From Acidobacteriota bacterium (GTDB taxonomy: Bacteria; Acidobacteriota; Thermoanaerobaculia; UBA5066; Gp7-AA6): a stretch of DNA of 64,000 nucleotides. Shown one piece after another: positions 42,627-52,099 of this stretch. The notes below the pieces were generated by a model. That model did no database searches, was not told the origin of the DNA, and worked only from the letters and a program-made list of their open reading frames with translations. The stretch lies in contig DAHUXD010000050.1 of assembly GCA_027307335.1 (NCBI GenBank), positions 536-64,535 of the forward strand. Direction: 5' to 3'. The position numbers and the translations under genes were made by a program. Each line of letters opens with the position of its first letter. Position 1 is the first letter of the stretch.

Positions 42627-43502
42627 CTATCCGCCGGCGTCCTGTCTCGCGAGATCTCCGACCGCCGACCAGTCGAGCCTCTCGCCGCCTCGCGCGAGGA
42701 GCGTCAGGAAGCGGTCCCTCAGCAGGCTCGCGAGCGGCATCGGCACGTGCAGCCTCTCGGCGGCCTCGAGCGCCAGTCGAATGTCTTTCTGCCCGAGCGG
42801 CGCCGCAAAGCCGGCAGGCTCGAACGCCCGTTCCGCGATCAATCTTCCGTAGTTGCGGTAGACGGGAACGTCGAAGAGCGAGGACGTCAGCAGCTCCAGA
42901 AAACGGCCGCGATCGAGGCCCGCCTTGCCGATCAGAGCGAGCGCCTCGCCGAGACTCTCGACCACCGCCGCGAGGAGGAAATTCCCGGAGAGCTTCACGA
43001 GATTGGCGTCCTGCGGGCGATCCGAGACGACGAAGGTCTTCTGCCCGATCGCGTCGAAGAGCGCCTGCGCCTCCCCGACCGCGCCGGCCGCTCCCGCGGC
43101 GACGACGAAGAGCTTGCCCGCGGCCGCGGCCTCCGGACGTCCGAAGACGGGCGCCGCGAGGAAACGCCGCCCCGCATCGGCATGCGAGAGCGCGAGCCGC
43201 TCCGACAGCACCACCCCGATCGTGCTCGAGGAGACGTGCAGGGCGCCGGGAGCGAGGTGACGCAGCAGCCCGTCGTCGCCGAACACGACCGCCTCGAGCG
43301 CGGCATCGTCGGACAGCATCGTGAAGACGACCGGATTCTTCGCCGCCTCGGCGATCGAGGGGACGACCCGCGCGCCCTGCTCCGCGAGCGGGCGGACCTT
43401 CGAAGGAGTCCGGTTGTAGACGGTCAGCTCGTGACCAGCGCGGAGGAGACTCCCGGCCATCCCGGCGCCCATTCGTCCCAGACCGATGAATCCGACTTTC
43501 AT
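42627..43502 (-). CDS. NAD(P)-dependent beta-hydroxyacid dehydrogenase family
   Basis: Motifs FIGLGRMG, YNRT, APVFG, VKLSGN and KD. Confidence 0.9.
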   Translation of the reverse strand: MKVGFIGLGRMGAGMAGSLLRAGHELTVYNRTPSKVRPLAEQGARVVPSIAEAAKNPVVFTMLSDDAALEAVVFGDDGLLRHLAPGALHVSSSTIGVVLSERLALSHADAGRRFLAAPVFGRPEAAAAGKLFVVAAGAAGAVGEAQALFDAIGQKTFVVSDRPQDANLVKLSGNFLLAAVVESLGEALALIGKAGLDRGRFLELLTSSLFDVPVYRNYGRLIAERAFEPAGFAAPLGQKDIRLALEAAERLHVPMPLASLLRDRFLTLLARGGERLDWSAVGDLARQDAGG

Positions 43503-43528
43503 GGGAGACCTCTGTGTCGAAGAGACGT

Positions 43529-43618
43529 TGGCGGAGGAGGAGGGATTCGAACCCCCGGTACCGTTCCCGGTACAGCGGTTTTCAAGACCGCCGCCTTAAA
43601 CCACTCGGCCACTCCTCC
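43529..43618 (-). tRNA. tRNA-Ser (anticodon TGA)
   Basis: Minus strand GGAGGAGTGGCCGAGTGGTTTAAGGCGGCGGTCTTGAAAACCGC...GGTTCGAATCCCTCCTCCTCCGCCA. Confidence 0.97.
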
Positions 43619-43768
43619 GAGCGTTCCAGTGTAGCGAACGCCGCCCACGTGAGCACGCCGCCGCCTGCCGGGGGTCCGCCTCGGTGGCGGACCCGTCGCC
43701 CTTGACACCTCCCCACACGCCGGGCCCTGGCACTGATAGCGTTCACAAACAGATCAAGGAGGACGGTC

Positions 43769-44281
43769 ATGGGAATCATGGAGAACCTCAGCAACCTGGC
43801 GAGCCAGTTCGCGAGCGGCGCCGCGTCGGAGCGCGACGTGCACGACGCCTACGATCAGACCGCCACGGCGGTGCCGCAGGGGTCGCTGGCCACCGCGCTC
43901 TCGCACACGTTCCAGTCGGACCAGACGCCGCCCTTTCAGCAGATGATCGCGGGGCTCTTCCAGAACTCGAGCCCCGAGCAGAAGGCGGGGCTCCTCAACC
44001 AGCTCGCGGCGGCGCTCGGTCCCGGCGGCCTCGCCGCGCTCGGCGCCGCGGGCTCGGGGGCCCTCGGCGGCCTCCTCTCCGGAGGGACCGTGACGCCGCA
44101 GCAGGCGCAGCAGGCCTCTCCCCAGCAGGTCCAGGTCCTCGCCGAGAAGGCGGCGACGAAGAACCCGTCCATCGTCGACACGGCCGCCGGCTTCTACGCG
44201 CAGCACCCCACCCTGGTGAAGGCGATCGGTGCCGGAGCGCTCGCGCTCCTGATGTCGAGGCTCTCCGCCTCGAGGAGGTGA
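43769..44281 (+). CDS. Gly/Ala-rich hypothetical protein (possibly DUF937/YidB-like)
   Basis: Strong AAGGAGG SD, high-GC3 codon pattern, helical sequence with hydrophobic C-terminus. The family assignment is tentative. Confidence 0.7.
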   Translation: MGIMENLSNLASQFASGAASERDVHDAYDQTATAVPQGSLATALSHTFQSDQTPPFQQMIAGLFQNSSPEQKAGLLNQLAAALGPGGLAALGAAGSGALGGLLSGGTVTPQQAQQASPQQVQVLAEKAATKNPSIVDTAAGFYAQHPTLVKAIGAGALALLMSRLSASRR

Positions 44282-44284
44282 ACG

Positions 44285-44536
44285 ATGGGGATCATCTGGT
44301 GGCTGATCGTGGGTCTCATCGCCGGCTGGCTGACGGGCAAGATCATGGGAGGTGGCGGCAAGGGCGCGCTGATGGACATCATCATCGGACTCATCGGCGC
44401 GCTCATCGGCGGCTTCCTCATGCGTCTGCTCGGCTTTTCGGGCGAGGGCGGGATGATCTACACGATTCTCGTAGCCACGCTCGGCGCCATCATCCTGACG
44501 TGGATCGTACGGAAGATGTCCGCGAAAACCGCCTGA
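44285..44536 (+). CDS. GlsB/YeaQ/YmgE transglycosylase-associated membrane protein
   Basis: WLIVGLIAGWL..KIM, DIIIGLIGALIGG and VATLGAIIL. Confidence 0.9.
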   Translation: MGIIWWLIVGLIAGWLTGKIMGGGGKGALMDIIIGLIGALIGGFLMRLLGFSGEGGMIYTILVATLGAIILTWIVRKMSAKTA

Positions 44537-44552
44537 CGGGTCCGTGTCGATC

Positions 44553-44583
44553 GGGGGACCGCTCCGCCCCGGGGCGGTCCCCC
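44553..44583. terminator. GC-rich hairpin between convergent genes (probable terminator)
   Basis: GGGGGACCGCTCCG-CCC-CGGGGCGGTCCCCC, with no clear U-tract. Confidence 0.5.
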
Positions 44584-45419
44584 TAACTTGCCAGCTTCTC
44601 CTTCAGAAACGCGACCGTCCGCGGCCAGGCCTCCTTCGTCGCCTTGAGGTTCGCGCCGTCGCGGCCGGACTGATCGCGCAGGAATCCGTGGCCCGCGCCG
44701 GGGTAGACGTGGACCTCGAAGCTCTTCCCGAGCTTCTTCATCTGCGCCTCGGCCGGGGGGATCGTCGCGTCCACGCGCTCGTCGTCGCCGCCGTAGTGGC
44801 CGAGGACCGGCGCGCGGATGGCGTCGATGACCGCGGGATCGGGTGAGGTGCCGTAATAGACGACGGCCCCGGCGAGGCCGGGCCATGCGCCGGCGTACGC
44901 GAAGCTGATTGAGCCGCCCCAGCAGAAGCCGACCGTCGCGACGCGGCCGTTGCCGGCGGGGATCTTCACGGCCCAGTCGCGCACCGCGTTCAAGCGCTTG
45001 TTCGCCTCGTCCGGCGTGATCTTCCGCACGAGGGCGACGACGTCGTCGCGGCTCGGCACCGAGTCCGTGCCGCCGCCGTTCGGCCCATAGCCCGACACCA
45101 TGTCCGGCGCGACCGCGATGAAGCCCTCCTTCGCGAGCTGGTCCGCGACGCCGCGCAGCCAGTCGGTCAGGCCGAACACCTCCTGGATCACGATGACGAC
45201 GCCGGCCTTGTCCCTGCGCTCCGGGTAGGAGATCCAGGTCCTGAGCTTCGGTCCGCCCGCATAGGGCACGTCGACGTACTCGCCGTGCCGCGGAGACGAC
45301 TCGAGCGCCGCCTTCGCCGTCTCGGCGGAGGGCGGGAGCGACGGGTCGCGCGGCGGCGCCGGAGCCGGCGCGGCGGCCTGCGCGAGAACGGCGGAGACGA
45401 GCAGAACGGCGGAGATCAT
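44583..45419 (-). CDS. Secreted dienelactone hydrolase family protein
   Basis: Motifs QEVFGL, GFCWGG, YYG, D and YPGAGHGF. Signal peptide. Confidence 0.92.
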   Translation of the reverse strand: MISAVLLVSAVLAQAAAPAPAPPRDPSLPPSAETAKAALESSPRHGEYVDVPYAGGPKLRTWISYPERRDKAGVVIVIQEVFGLTDWLRGVADQLAKEGFIAVAPDMVSGYGPNGGGTDSVPSRDDVVALVRKITPDEANKRLNAVRDWAVKIPAGNGRVATVGFCWGGSISFAYAGAWPGLAGAVVYYGTSPDPAVIDAIRAPVLGHYGGDDERVDATIPPAEAQMKKLGKSFEVHVYPGAGHGFLRDQSGRDGANLKATKEAWPRTVAFLKEKLAS

Positions 45420-45456
45420 GCGGTCCTCCTCCCGGAAGAACGGAGCTTACGCCTCG

Positions 45457-47373
45457 CTACGGCTTGCCGCCCGCGCTCGTCAGCGGCTTTCCGATCGCCG
45501 AGACCCAGTCCGTCTTCGACTCGTCGCGGACGAGGTGGGGATACCGCTCGCCGCCGTGGTAGTCCACCGCGTACGTGCGGAACATCTCCACGTTCTCGAC
45601 GAGGAGCTCGATCGGCGCCCTGGCGTCGCGCGCCGCGCGCAGCGCGTCCCGCAGGACCCGCTCGGAATAGCGCCGGCCGTTGACCGCGACGAGGCGCATG
45701 CCCGGCGCGACGCCCGCCGCGGCCGCCGGCAGGCCCGGCACCACGTCGCGGATCGTGCCGCCGTCCGCGTCGCCCCTGCCGCCCTCGCCGTCGACCATGA
45801 TCCCGAGCGAGTACCAGAAGTCGTAGACCTTGGTCTCGGCCTCCCCCGCCTCGGTCAGGTCCGGCTCGACGTCGTTGTAGGCGAGCCTCCAGCCGCCGCT
45901 CTCGATGCCGCCGAGAGGCGCGCGCGGCGCGACGCTCCGGACGCGCGTCTCGAAGAAGCCGTTCCAGTCGTACGGCAGCACGGACTGCAGGGCCGCGATC
46001 ACGTCGGCGTACTCGTATGTCCTCACCTCGGGCGCACCGCCCGGAGGTCCGTGAAACGTTCGCACGAAGTCGTCGAGCGACTTCTTCCCGCCGGTCTTCT
46101 CGCGGATCAGGACGTCGGCGTCGAGCCAGATCAACTCGCTCTCGGTGTAGAAGTCGACGCCGCGGCGCCAGTCCGCCCAGTCCGCGCGCGCGTCGTACAG
46201 CAGCTGCGCCGCCGTCGCCGTGTCCTCGAGCGGCCGCCACTCGCGGCCCTTCTGGTAGTCCATGCTGGCGGCCGCGAGGGCGAGGTTCTCGCGGTAGAGC
46301 TCGGGCGAGCGCAGTCCGCTGCGCGCGCCGAGGACGTCGCCGTAGTACTCGGTCAGCCCCTCGTAGACCCAGAGGAGGCGGCTGTCCACCGGCTCCTGGT
46401 AGTCGGCGGACACGCCCGAGACGAGCCCCTTCGGCCGGCGGTACTTCCCATTCCACGAGTGCACGTACTCGTGCGAGAGGAGCGTGCCGAGGATCTTTCG
46501 CGGCCCGTCGTCGAGGAACGACCGCTCGAGGCCGCGGTTGTCGCTGGCCTCGTGATGCTCGAGACCGTTCGAGGGGACGTGGTCGGAGAGCGTCAGCAGA
46601 AAGTGGTAGTCGCGATAGTGCCGCGCGCCGAACAGCGCGTACGCCTCGGCGACGAGGCGGCGGTAGTGCGCGACGTCGTCGTCCGGAATCGCGAGCGCGG
46701 CTTCGGAATCGGCCGCCAGGTGGAGGTAGTGAGCCGGCGTCTGACCCGGCGTGAGTTCGATCGTCTTGAAGTGCGCGCCGGCGAGCACCGGCGAGTCGAT
46801 CAGCATGACGAGCGAGATCGGCTGAAAGACGACCGTATCCCCATTCGTCCGCTCGACGGGAAGCGCCGTGCCGAACTTCCATCCGGCGGGAAGCCGGAGC
46901 GAAGGCGTGAAGACGGTGGCGTCGTCATCGGGTCCGACGGGATACACCAGGAGCGGCCACCAGTTCGCGACGAGCAGGCGGTCGGTCGCCGTCGTCCACG
47001 CGTGCAGGGGCGGCGTGTAGTCGAAGGCGACATCGACCTCGTGGACGCCCGCCGGCACGTCGCAGGTCACGTTCCACATCTCGGTGGGCACGCGCCTCCA
47101 CGGCACCGGCTTCCCGGCGGCGCTGATCTTCAGGCCGACGAAGTCGGTCACGGGGCCCGCCGCGCTGTGCTCGCCGGGAATCCACTTCGGGTAGGCGAGC
47201 GTCAGCAACCCCGGTACCGCCGGGATCGTCTCCCGGACGTGGAAGATGTGCCGCGGGGCCTCGGTCGCGTCGACGGCGATCGTCACCGGGCCGCCCGAGG
47301 CGAGCGCGCCGGCGGCCGGGATCGACAGGGTCGCCGCGAGGGCCACGAACGGGACGATCCGGAACACACGCAT
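45457..47373 (-). CDS. M61 family metalloaminopeptidase with PDZ domain
   Basis: Motifs PKWIPG, LIDSP, GLEH, HEYVHSWN and LWVYEGLTEYY, with a C-terminal PDZ domain. AGGAGG SD before MRVFRI. Confidence 0.92.
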   Translation of the reverse strand: MRVFRIVPFVALAATLSIPAAGALASGGPVTIAVDATEAPRHIFHVRETIPAVPGLLTLAYPKWIPGEHSAAGPVTDFVGLKISAAGKPVPWRRVPTEMWNVTCDVPAGVHEVDVAFDYTPPLHAWTTATDRLLVANWWPLLVYPVGPDDDATVFTPSLRLPAGWKFGTALPVERTNGDTVVFQPISLVMLIDSPVLAGAHFKTIELTPGQTPAHYLHLAADSEAALAIPDDDVAHYRRLVAEAYALFGARHYRDYHFLLTLSDHVPSNGLEHHEASDNRGLERSFLDDGPRKILGTLLSHEYVHSWNGKYRRPKGLVSGVSADYQEPVDSRLLWVYEGLTEYYGDVLGARSGLRSPELYRENLALAAASMDYQKGREWRPLEDTATAAQLLYDARADWADWRRGVDFYTESELIWLDADVLIREKTGGKKSLDDFVRTFHGPPGGAPEVRTYEYADVIAALQSVLPYDWNGFFETRVRSVAPRAPLGGIESGGWRLAYNDVEPDLTEAGEAETKVYDFWYSLGIMVDGEGGRGDADGGTIRDVVPGLPAAAAGVAPGMRLVAVNGRRYSERVLRDALRAARDARAPIELLVENVEMFRTYAVDYHGGERYPHLVRDESKTDWVSAIGKPLTSAGGKP

Positions 47374-47416
47374 GCCGAGACCTCCTGTCATCGCGGGGGG
47401 TTCCGAGGCGGCGAGT

Positions 47417-48709
47417 CTATCGCGCCCGCCGCGACTCCGGCGGGATCTCGAACCCCACGGCCGCTTCGGGCGATGGGTAGAGGCGCGTCAGGATCGGCGT
47501 CGTGATGACCGTCGTGAACAGCGCCATCGCGACGAGCCAGAAGAAGGCGGCCGGCGAGATCACGCCCATGTCCGCGCCGATGTTGATGACGACGAGGGCC
47601 ATCAGCGCGCGCGTGTTCATCAGGAGGCCGATCGACAGCGACTCCTTCCACGGCAGCCCGCTCGCCCGGGCCGCGAGCGCCGTCGACCCGAACTTCGACG
47701 CGCAGGCGACGCCGATCACGAGGACGAGCGCGATCCAGAGTGCCGCCGTTGCGCCGAGCGAGCCGATGTCGGTGCGCAGGCCCGAGAAGACGAAGAAGAT
47801 CGGCAGAAACAGCACCGCGACCAGATCGCCGATCGAGTTCCGGATTGCCTCGGCGAGCCCGCGATGGAAGGAGCCGGCGATCCCGCAGAGGAAGCCGCCG
47901 AAGATCGAGAACACGCCGAGCGCGTTGGTCGCGGTCGCCGCCGCGAACACGACGACGAGGAGCGCCGCGAGCTCCGCGGGCGGAAGGCCCCCGGCCGGGG
48001 TCCTCCGGATCGTCAGGCGCGACAGGCCGAATCGGCCGAGCGCCCAGAACGCCGTTCCGAGAACGGCGACGCCCGCGAGCGAGAGGACGAGCGAGCGCGC
48101 ATCCGCGCGGCCGTGCGTGGTCATCGCCACGACGCCGCCGAGGAGGATCCAGCCGAGCACGTCGTCGATCGCGGCCGCCGTGATCGACGTCAGCCCCATG
48201 CGCGTGCGCGTCAGCCGCGTGTGCATGAGGATGCGGCCCATGATCGGGATCGCGGTGATCGAAACCGCCGTCGCGAAGAAGAGTCGGAACGCGAGCTCCG
48301 GCGCCGCCACGGGCGAGAGCCGATAGAGGTATCCCGCGAGCGCGTAGCTCGCCGCGAAAGGCACCGCGATGCCGGCGACGGCGACGAACACCGACGCGCG
48401 CGCCGCCTCGCCCAGGCGGTCGAAGGGAAACTCGAGGCCGATCAGGAGCATCAGCAGCACGAGCCCGACCTGCGCCATCGCGGCCAGCACCGAGGACGTC
48501 GCCGGGGTCAGCATCGTCTTCATCGCGCCCGGGTAGAACCGCCCCGCCACCGAGGGCCCGAGGATGACGCCCGCGAGGATCTCGCCCACGACCGGCGGCT
48601 GTCCCACCTTGCCGAAGAGCCAGCCGAAGACGCGGGCGGATCCCACGATGACCGCGAGGTCCGCGCAGAGGAGGAGCAGCGTGTGCTCGAGCGCGAGGTA
48701 GGAGTCCAC
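47417..48709 (-). CDS. Cation:proton antiporter (CPA2 / Na+/H+ exchanger family)
   Basis: Motifs GQPPVVGEILAGVILGPS, SITAIP, AAIDD, FGGF and LMNTR. Start re-chosen at GTG. Confidence 0.88.
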   Translation of the reverse strand: MDSYLALEHTLLLLCADLAVIVGSARVFGWLFGKVGQPPVVGEILAGVILGPSVAGRFYPGAMKTMLTPATSSVLAAMAQVGLVLLMLLIGLEFPFDRLGEAARASVFVAVAGIAVPFAASYALAGYLYRLSPVAAPELAFRLFFATAVSITAIPIMGRILMHTRLTRTRMGLTSITAAAIDDVLGWILLGGVVAMTTHGRADARSLVLSLAGVAVLGTAFWALGRFGLSRLTIRRTPAGGLPPAELAALLVVVFAAATATNALGVFSIFGGFLCGIAGSFHRGLAEAIRNSIGDLVAVLFLPIFFVFSGLRTDIGSLGATAALWIALVLVIGVACASKFGSTALAARASGLPWKESLSIGLLMNTRALMALVVINIGADMGVISPAAFFWLVAMALFTTVITTPILTRLYPSPEAAVGFEIPPESRRAR

Positions 48710-48716
48710 CGGCGGC

Positions 48717-49928
48717 TCAGCCTTTCTTCGGGGCGGCGCCGCCGGCGAGCTGCTGCCGGATGGCCTTCGACAGCGGCACGAGGGCGGCGGCCCTCTTCTG
48801 CGTCGCGCGGTCGTACGCCTCGAAGAACGCGCGGGGACCGCCGGCGAGCGCCGCGCGGTACCCCTCGACGCCGAGAAACTCGAAGATCCCATCCGCGAGA
48901 AACGAGCCCGACGGGCCGGCCAGGTTCGCGGTGAACTCCGGCTTCTGGATTTCGGCCGCCACCTCCATGCGCGCGTCGAGATCGCCGCCCGCCGCCGCGA
49001 TGCGGTCCGCGTACCGATTGAGCTCGTCGATCGAGTCGCGCATCGGCTGCCGCAGCCACACGGCGAGCGGAAAGAAGTTCTCGTCCACGGCGTAGAGCGC
49101 GATCGGGCCGGCCTCCGCGACCTTCCGCAGGAGCGGCTCGAGCGTGCCCAGCGAGGGATCGTGCTTCTGCCAAGCGGGGCTTCCCGTCCGGTACGTGGCC
49201 CAGGCGAGCCGGAACGCCTCTCCCGCCATCATGCGGGACAGGTGCTTGACCTGCTCCTCGGGCGCGGCGGACGGCTCGTCGGAGAGCTCGCGCGCGACGT
49301 CCGCGACGACCGACCAGCTCGCGCCGTCCGGCGACCCGATCGCGACGTGGTCCGCGCGGCCGGGGAGACCGAACGTGAAGAGGATGGGCTCCCGCACGGA
49401 GACGGCGCGGTCCGAAGGCATGAGCGCGCGGGCCCGCTCCGACGCGATCCGGGTCAGGTCGACCCGGCGGCCCGCGATCATCGCGAGCAACGCGCTCCAG
49501 CGCGACCGGTCGTCGCGAATGCGGTGAAAGTCGAACAGCGTCGTGCGCGCCTTCTCGTCCCACGCCGACCCGAGGTCCTTCTCCCACACCTCGGGGCCGC
49601 GCCGGGACTCCCGGATCGCCGCCTCGATCGCGGGCAGCGTCTCGAGCGAGCGCGCGCGCTCGAGGTCGAAGGCCGGCTGGGAGAGCAGATCGAGGAGTCC
49701 CTGCGCGGCCTCGATGTCGAGAGTCACCTCGATGGCGACGTTCGGCGCGGGCGGCCCGTCGTACGGGGCGGGCGACTTCGCGCCCGACGCTCCGGGATTC
49801 GTCGCGGCGGGAGAACGCCGCGTCGAAGCCCCGACCGAGCGAAGCGAGGGCCGGGCTTCGAGAAAAGACTCCGCGGAAACGGGAGCGAGGCCGAGAGCGA
49901 AGAGGATCCCGGCGAGGAGTCTCTTCAT
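48717..49928 (-). CDS. Secreted hypothetical protein (possibly DUF5700-like)
   Basis: Signal peptide MKRLLAGILFALG, ATGA overlap with the HAD gene, and a C-terminal G.FLA..I..........FFEAY pattern. Confidence 0.6.
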   Translation of the reverse strand: MKRLLAGILFALGLAPVSAESFLEARPSLRSVGASTRRSPAATNPGASGAKSPAPYDGPPAPNVAIEVTLDIEAAQGLLDLLSQPAFDLERARSLETLPAIEAAIRESRRGPEVWEKDLGSAWDEKARTTLFDFHRIRDDRSRWSALLAMIAGRRVDLTRIASERARALMPSDRAVSVREPILFTFGLPGRADHVAIGSPDGASWSVVADVARELSDEPSAAPEEQVKHLSRMMAGEAFRLAWATYRTGSPAWQKHDPSLGTLEPLLRKVAEAGPIALYAVDENFFPLAVWLRQPMRDSIDELNRYADRIAAAGGDLDARMEVAAEIQKPEFTANLAGPSGSFLADGIFEFLGVEGYRAALAGGPRAFFEAYDRATQKRAAALVPLSKAIRQQLAGGAAPKKG

Positions 49929-50644
49929 TCCACGATCGCCGAGAACGCCCTTTCGGTGTCGGCGAAGCTCTCGAAGATCGCGTCGGGCCGCTCCGCGGCC
50001 AGCCTCTCGACGCTCGTGATGCCGGTGGCGACCGCCACGGCGCGGACGCCGAGCGAGCGTCCGCAGGCGACGTCGTGGACCGAGTCGCCGACGATGACGA
50101 CCGACTTGCCCTCGAAGCGGCGGCCGCAGTGCGCGTGCGCGCGCTCGACGGCGATGGGCGGCAGGAGATAGCGGTCCGCCGAGTCGCTGCCGAAGGCGCC
50201 GAACGGAAAGTATCGGTTGAATGCCGGCGGCGCGAGCTTCAGCCGCGCTCCCCGCTCGAGGTTGCCGGTCAGGAGCCCGAGCGTGACGCGGGGCTCGGCC
50301 GCCAGCCGCTCGAGCAGCGCCTCGATGCCGGGCTTGGGCTGGACGGTCCCGGGCAGGAGCTGCCGCTCGAGCTCCTCGAGATAGATCTCGAGGGCGCGGG
50401 GCAGGCCCTTCTCGAACCGGTCCGCGCCGACGTCCTCGAGGACGAGCTCCCGGACGATCTGCGGGTCGGTCTTGCCGGAGAAGTCGAATTTCCCGCGGTC
50501 CTCGTGGTCGGGCGTGTAGCTCCAGCCGAACGAGGCCTGCAGAGAGCGCAGGATCGCGTCGCGCGCGACGCGTCCCGCCGACAGCAGCGTGCCGTCGATG
50601 TCGAAGAGAACGAGCCGATGCCCGTTCGAAGAGGCCCCACTCAT
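49925..50644 (-). CDS. HAD-family hydrolase (phosphoglycolate phosphatase-like)
   Basis: Motifs LFDIDGTL, GKTD, LTGN and VGDSVHDV. Confidence 0.92.
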   Translation of the reverse strand: MSGASSNGHRLVLFDIDGTLLSAGRVARDAILRSLQASFGWSYTPDHEDRGKFDFSGKTDPQIVRELVLEDVGADRFEKGLPRALEIYLEELERQLLPGTVQPKPGIEALLERLAAEPRVTLGLLTGNLERGARLKLAPPAFNRYFPFGAFGSDSADRYLLPPIAVERAHAHCGRRFEGKSVVIVGDSVHDVACGRSLGVRAVAVATGITSVERLAAERPDAIFESFADTERAFSAIVE

Positions 50645-51540
50645 GAGGGGGGATCATATTCAAAGCGGGCGCCGTGCCACGCGAGGATGTCCATCATCGC
50701 GCCCTTCCAGTAACTCCAGTCGTGGCCGCCCCGCTCGAGGACGACGGTCGTCGGAATCCCCCGCTCGTTCAAGAGCATGCCGTACTGAGCGGCCACGCGG
50801 TCGAGGCCGTAGAAGTCCTCCGTGCCGGCGCGCAGCTCGACGGAAAACGGAGGCGCGTCGAAGCAGAGCCGCCAGATCAGGAGCCACGCGTCGTTCGCGT
50901 CGAGCGAGTTGTCCTCCTCCGTGCGGCCGAAGGTGCGCATCAGCGTCCACCGCGCGACCCAGCTGTAGCGTTTCAGCTCGTTCCAGCCGAACGGGATGAT
51001 CGCGCCCGAGAGAGCGGACACCGTCCCGTAGAGGTCGGGGTGCTGGATCGCCGTCTTGACCGAGCCGTAGCCTCCCATCGAGATGCCGGTGATTCCGCGC
51101 GACGCCTTCGCCGGGATCACGCGGTACTTCGCCTCGATCGTCCGCGGAAGGTCCTGCGTCAGGTACTGCTCGAAACGGCGGACACCGTCGTGCGAATCCG
51201 AGAACCACGTGCCGGGTCCGTCCGGCGCGACGATCAGGAACTCGGGGAGACGGCCGTCGCGCATGCGCGCGAGCGCCTCCGCGGCCACCCCCCGCCGCTC
51301 GAGCGAGAGGCCGTCGCCATAGCCGTCGTGGAGGAAGTAGAGCACCGGGTATCGCCGGCCGGGCGACGACTCGTAGGACGGAGGCGTGACGACGAGGACC
51401 TCGTTCGGGGAGGGCAGCGACCGCGTCGGGACCATCTCGACGCGCATCCCCGGCGGCGGCGCCGTCGCGCAGGCGGCGGCCAGCACGGAGGACAACGCCG
51501 CCGCCCGGATCGCGACGGCGAGAAGCGAGGCTCGCTTCAC
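50641..51540 (-). CDS. Alpha/beta-hydrolase esterase lipoprotein
   Basis: Motifs YPVLYFLH, GISMGG, GTED and GGHDWSYW. Lipobox-like LAAAC. Start re-chosen at GTG. Confidence 0.88.
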   Translation of the reverse strand: MKRASLLAVAIRAAALSSVLAAACATAPPPGMRVEMVPTRSLPSPNEVLVVTPPSYESSPGRRYPVLYFLHDGYGDGLSLERRGVAAEALARMRDGRLPEFLIVAPDGPGTWFSDSHDGVRRFEQYLTQDLPRTIEAKYRVIPAKASRGITGISMGGYGSVKTAIQHPDLYGTVSALSGAIIPFGWNELKRYSWVARWTLMRTFGRTEEDNSLDANDAWLLIWRLCFDAPPFSVELRAGTEDFYGLDRVAAQYGMLLNERGIPTTVVLERGGHDWSYWKGAMMDILAWHGARFEYDPPS

Positions 51541-51619
51541 GGCCCGATCATAATTGCTGTCGAACGCCCTCGCTCGTCCCCCGTCTCGCCCCATTCTTTT
51601 CGCCATACACTCATGCTCG

Positions 51620-52099
51620 ATGACCGAGTTCCGTCGGATGCCCCGGGAGATCGAGATCGCCTTCTCGGGCGTCGCGTTCCGGCGGCGCCGGCGGCTCGTC
51701 ATTCCGCTCATCACCATGGATCCGAACGGCTTTCCGCGGGTCGCGCTTCTGACGATGGGCGAGGTGCGCGCGGTGTCGCCCGTGCGGATGGCCGTCGCCG
51801 TCATGGCGGGCAGCCGGACCGCCTTCAACCTGGTCCGGCGCGGGACGGCCACGGTCCTCTACCTCTTCCGGAGGACGACCGCTTCCATTCAGGCCCGCGC
51901 GGGGCACGCACGGGTCTGCCGCACGGATCCGCGCCGGCGGCTCTTCCCGCTCGACATCGAATCGGTGCGCCTCGATCAGCCCGCGCAAGGCGAGGAGGAC
52001 GTCGCGCTCCTGATGGGTCCGACCTTCGGCGGCCGCGACTCGGCGCGCCTCTTCTCCGACGAGCTGTACGGCGAGCTCGGGACGGTCGCGGGCGCATGA
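51620..52099 (+). CDS. Pyridoxamine 5'-phosphate oxidase-like split-barrel protein
   Basis: Motifs LITMDPNGFPRVALL..GEV and GSRTAFNLVRRG. Confidence 0.7.
   Translation: MTEFRRMPREIEIAFSGVAFRRRRRLVIPLITMDPNGFPRVALLTMGEVRAVSPVRMAVAVMAGSRTAFNLVRRGTATVLYLFRRTTASIQARAGHARVCRTDPRRRLFPLDIESVRLDQPAQGEEDVALLMGPTFGGRDSARLFSDELYGELGTVAGA

Noticed and set aside
44553-44587. Hairpin with GTTAG flank resembling a GTAG-REP
   Set aside because: The stem is unrelated to the RAYT REPs, the TAG is a stop codon, and only one copy was seen. Treated as a terminator.
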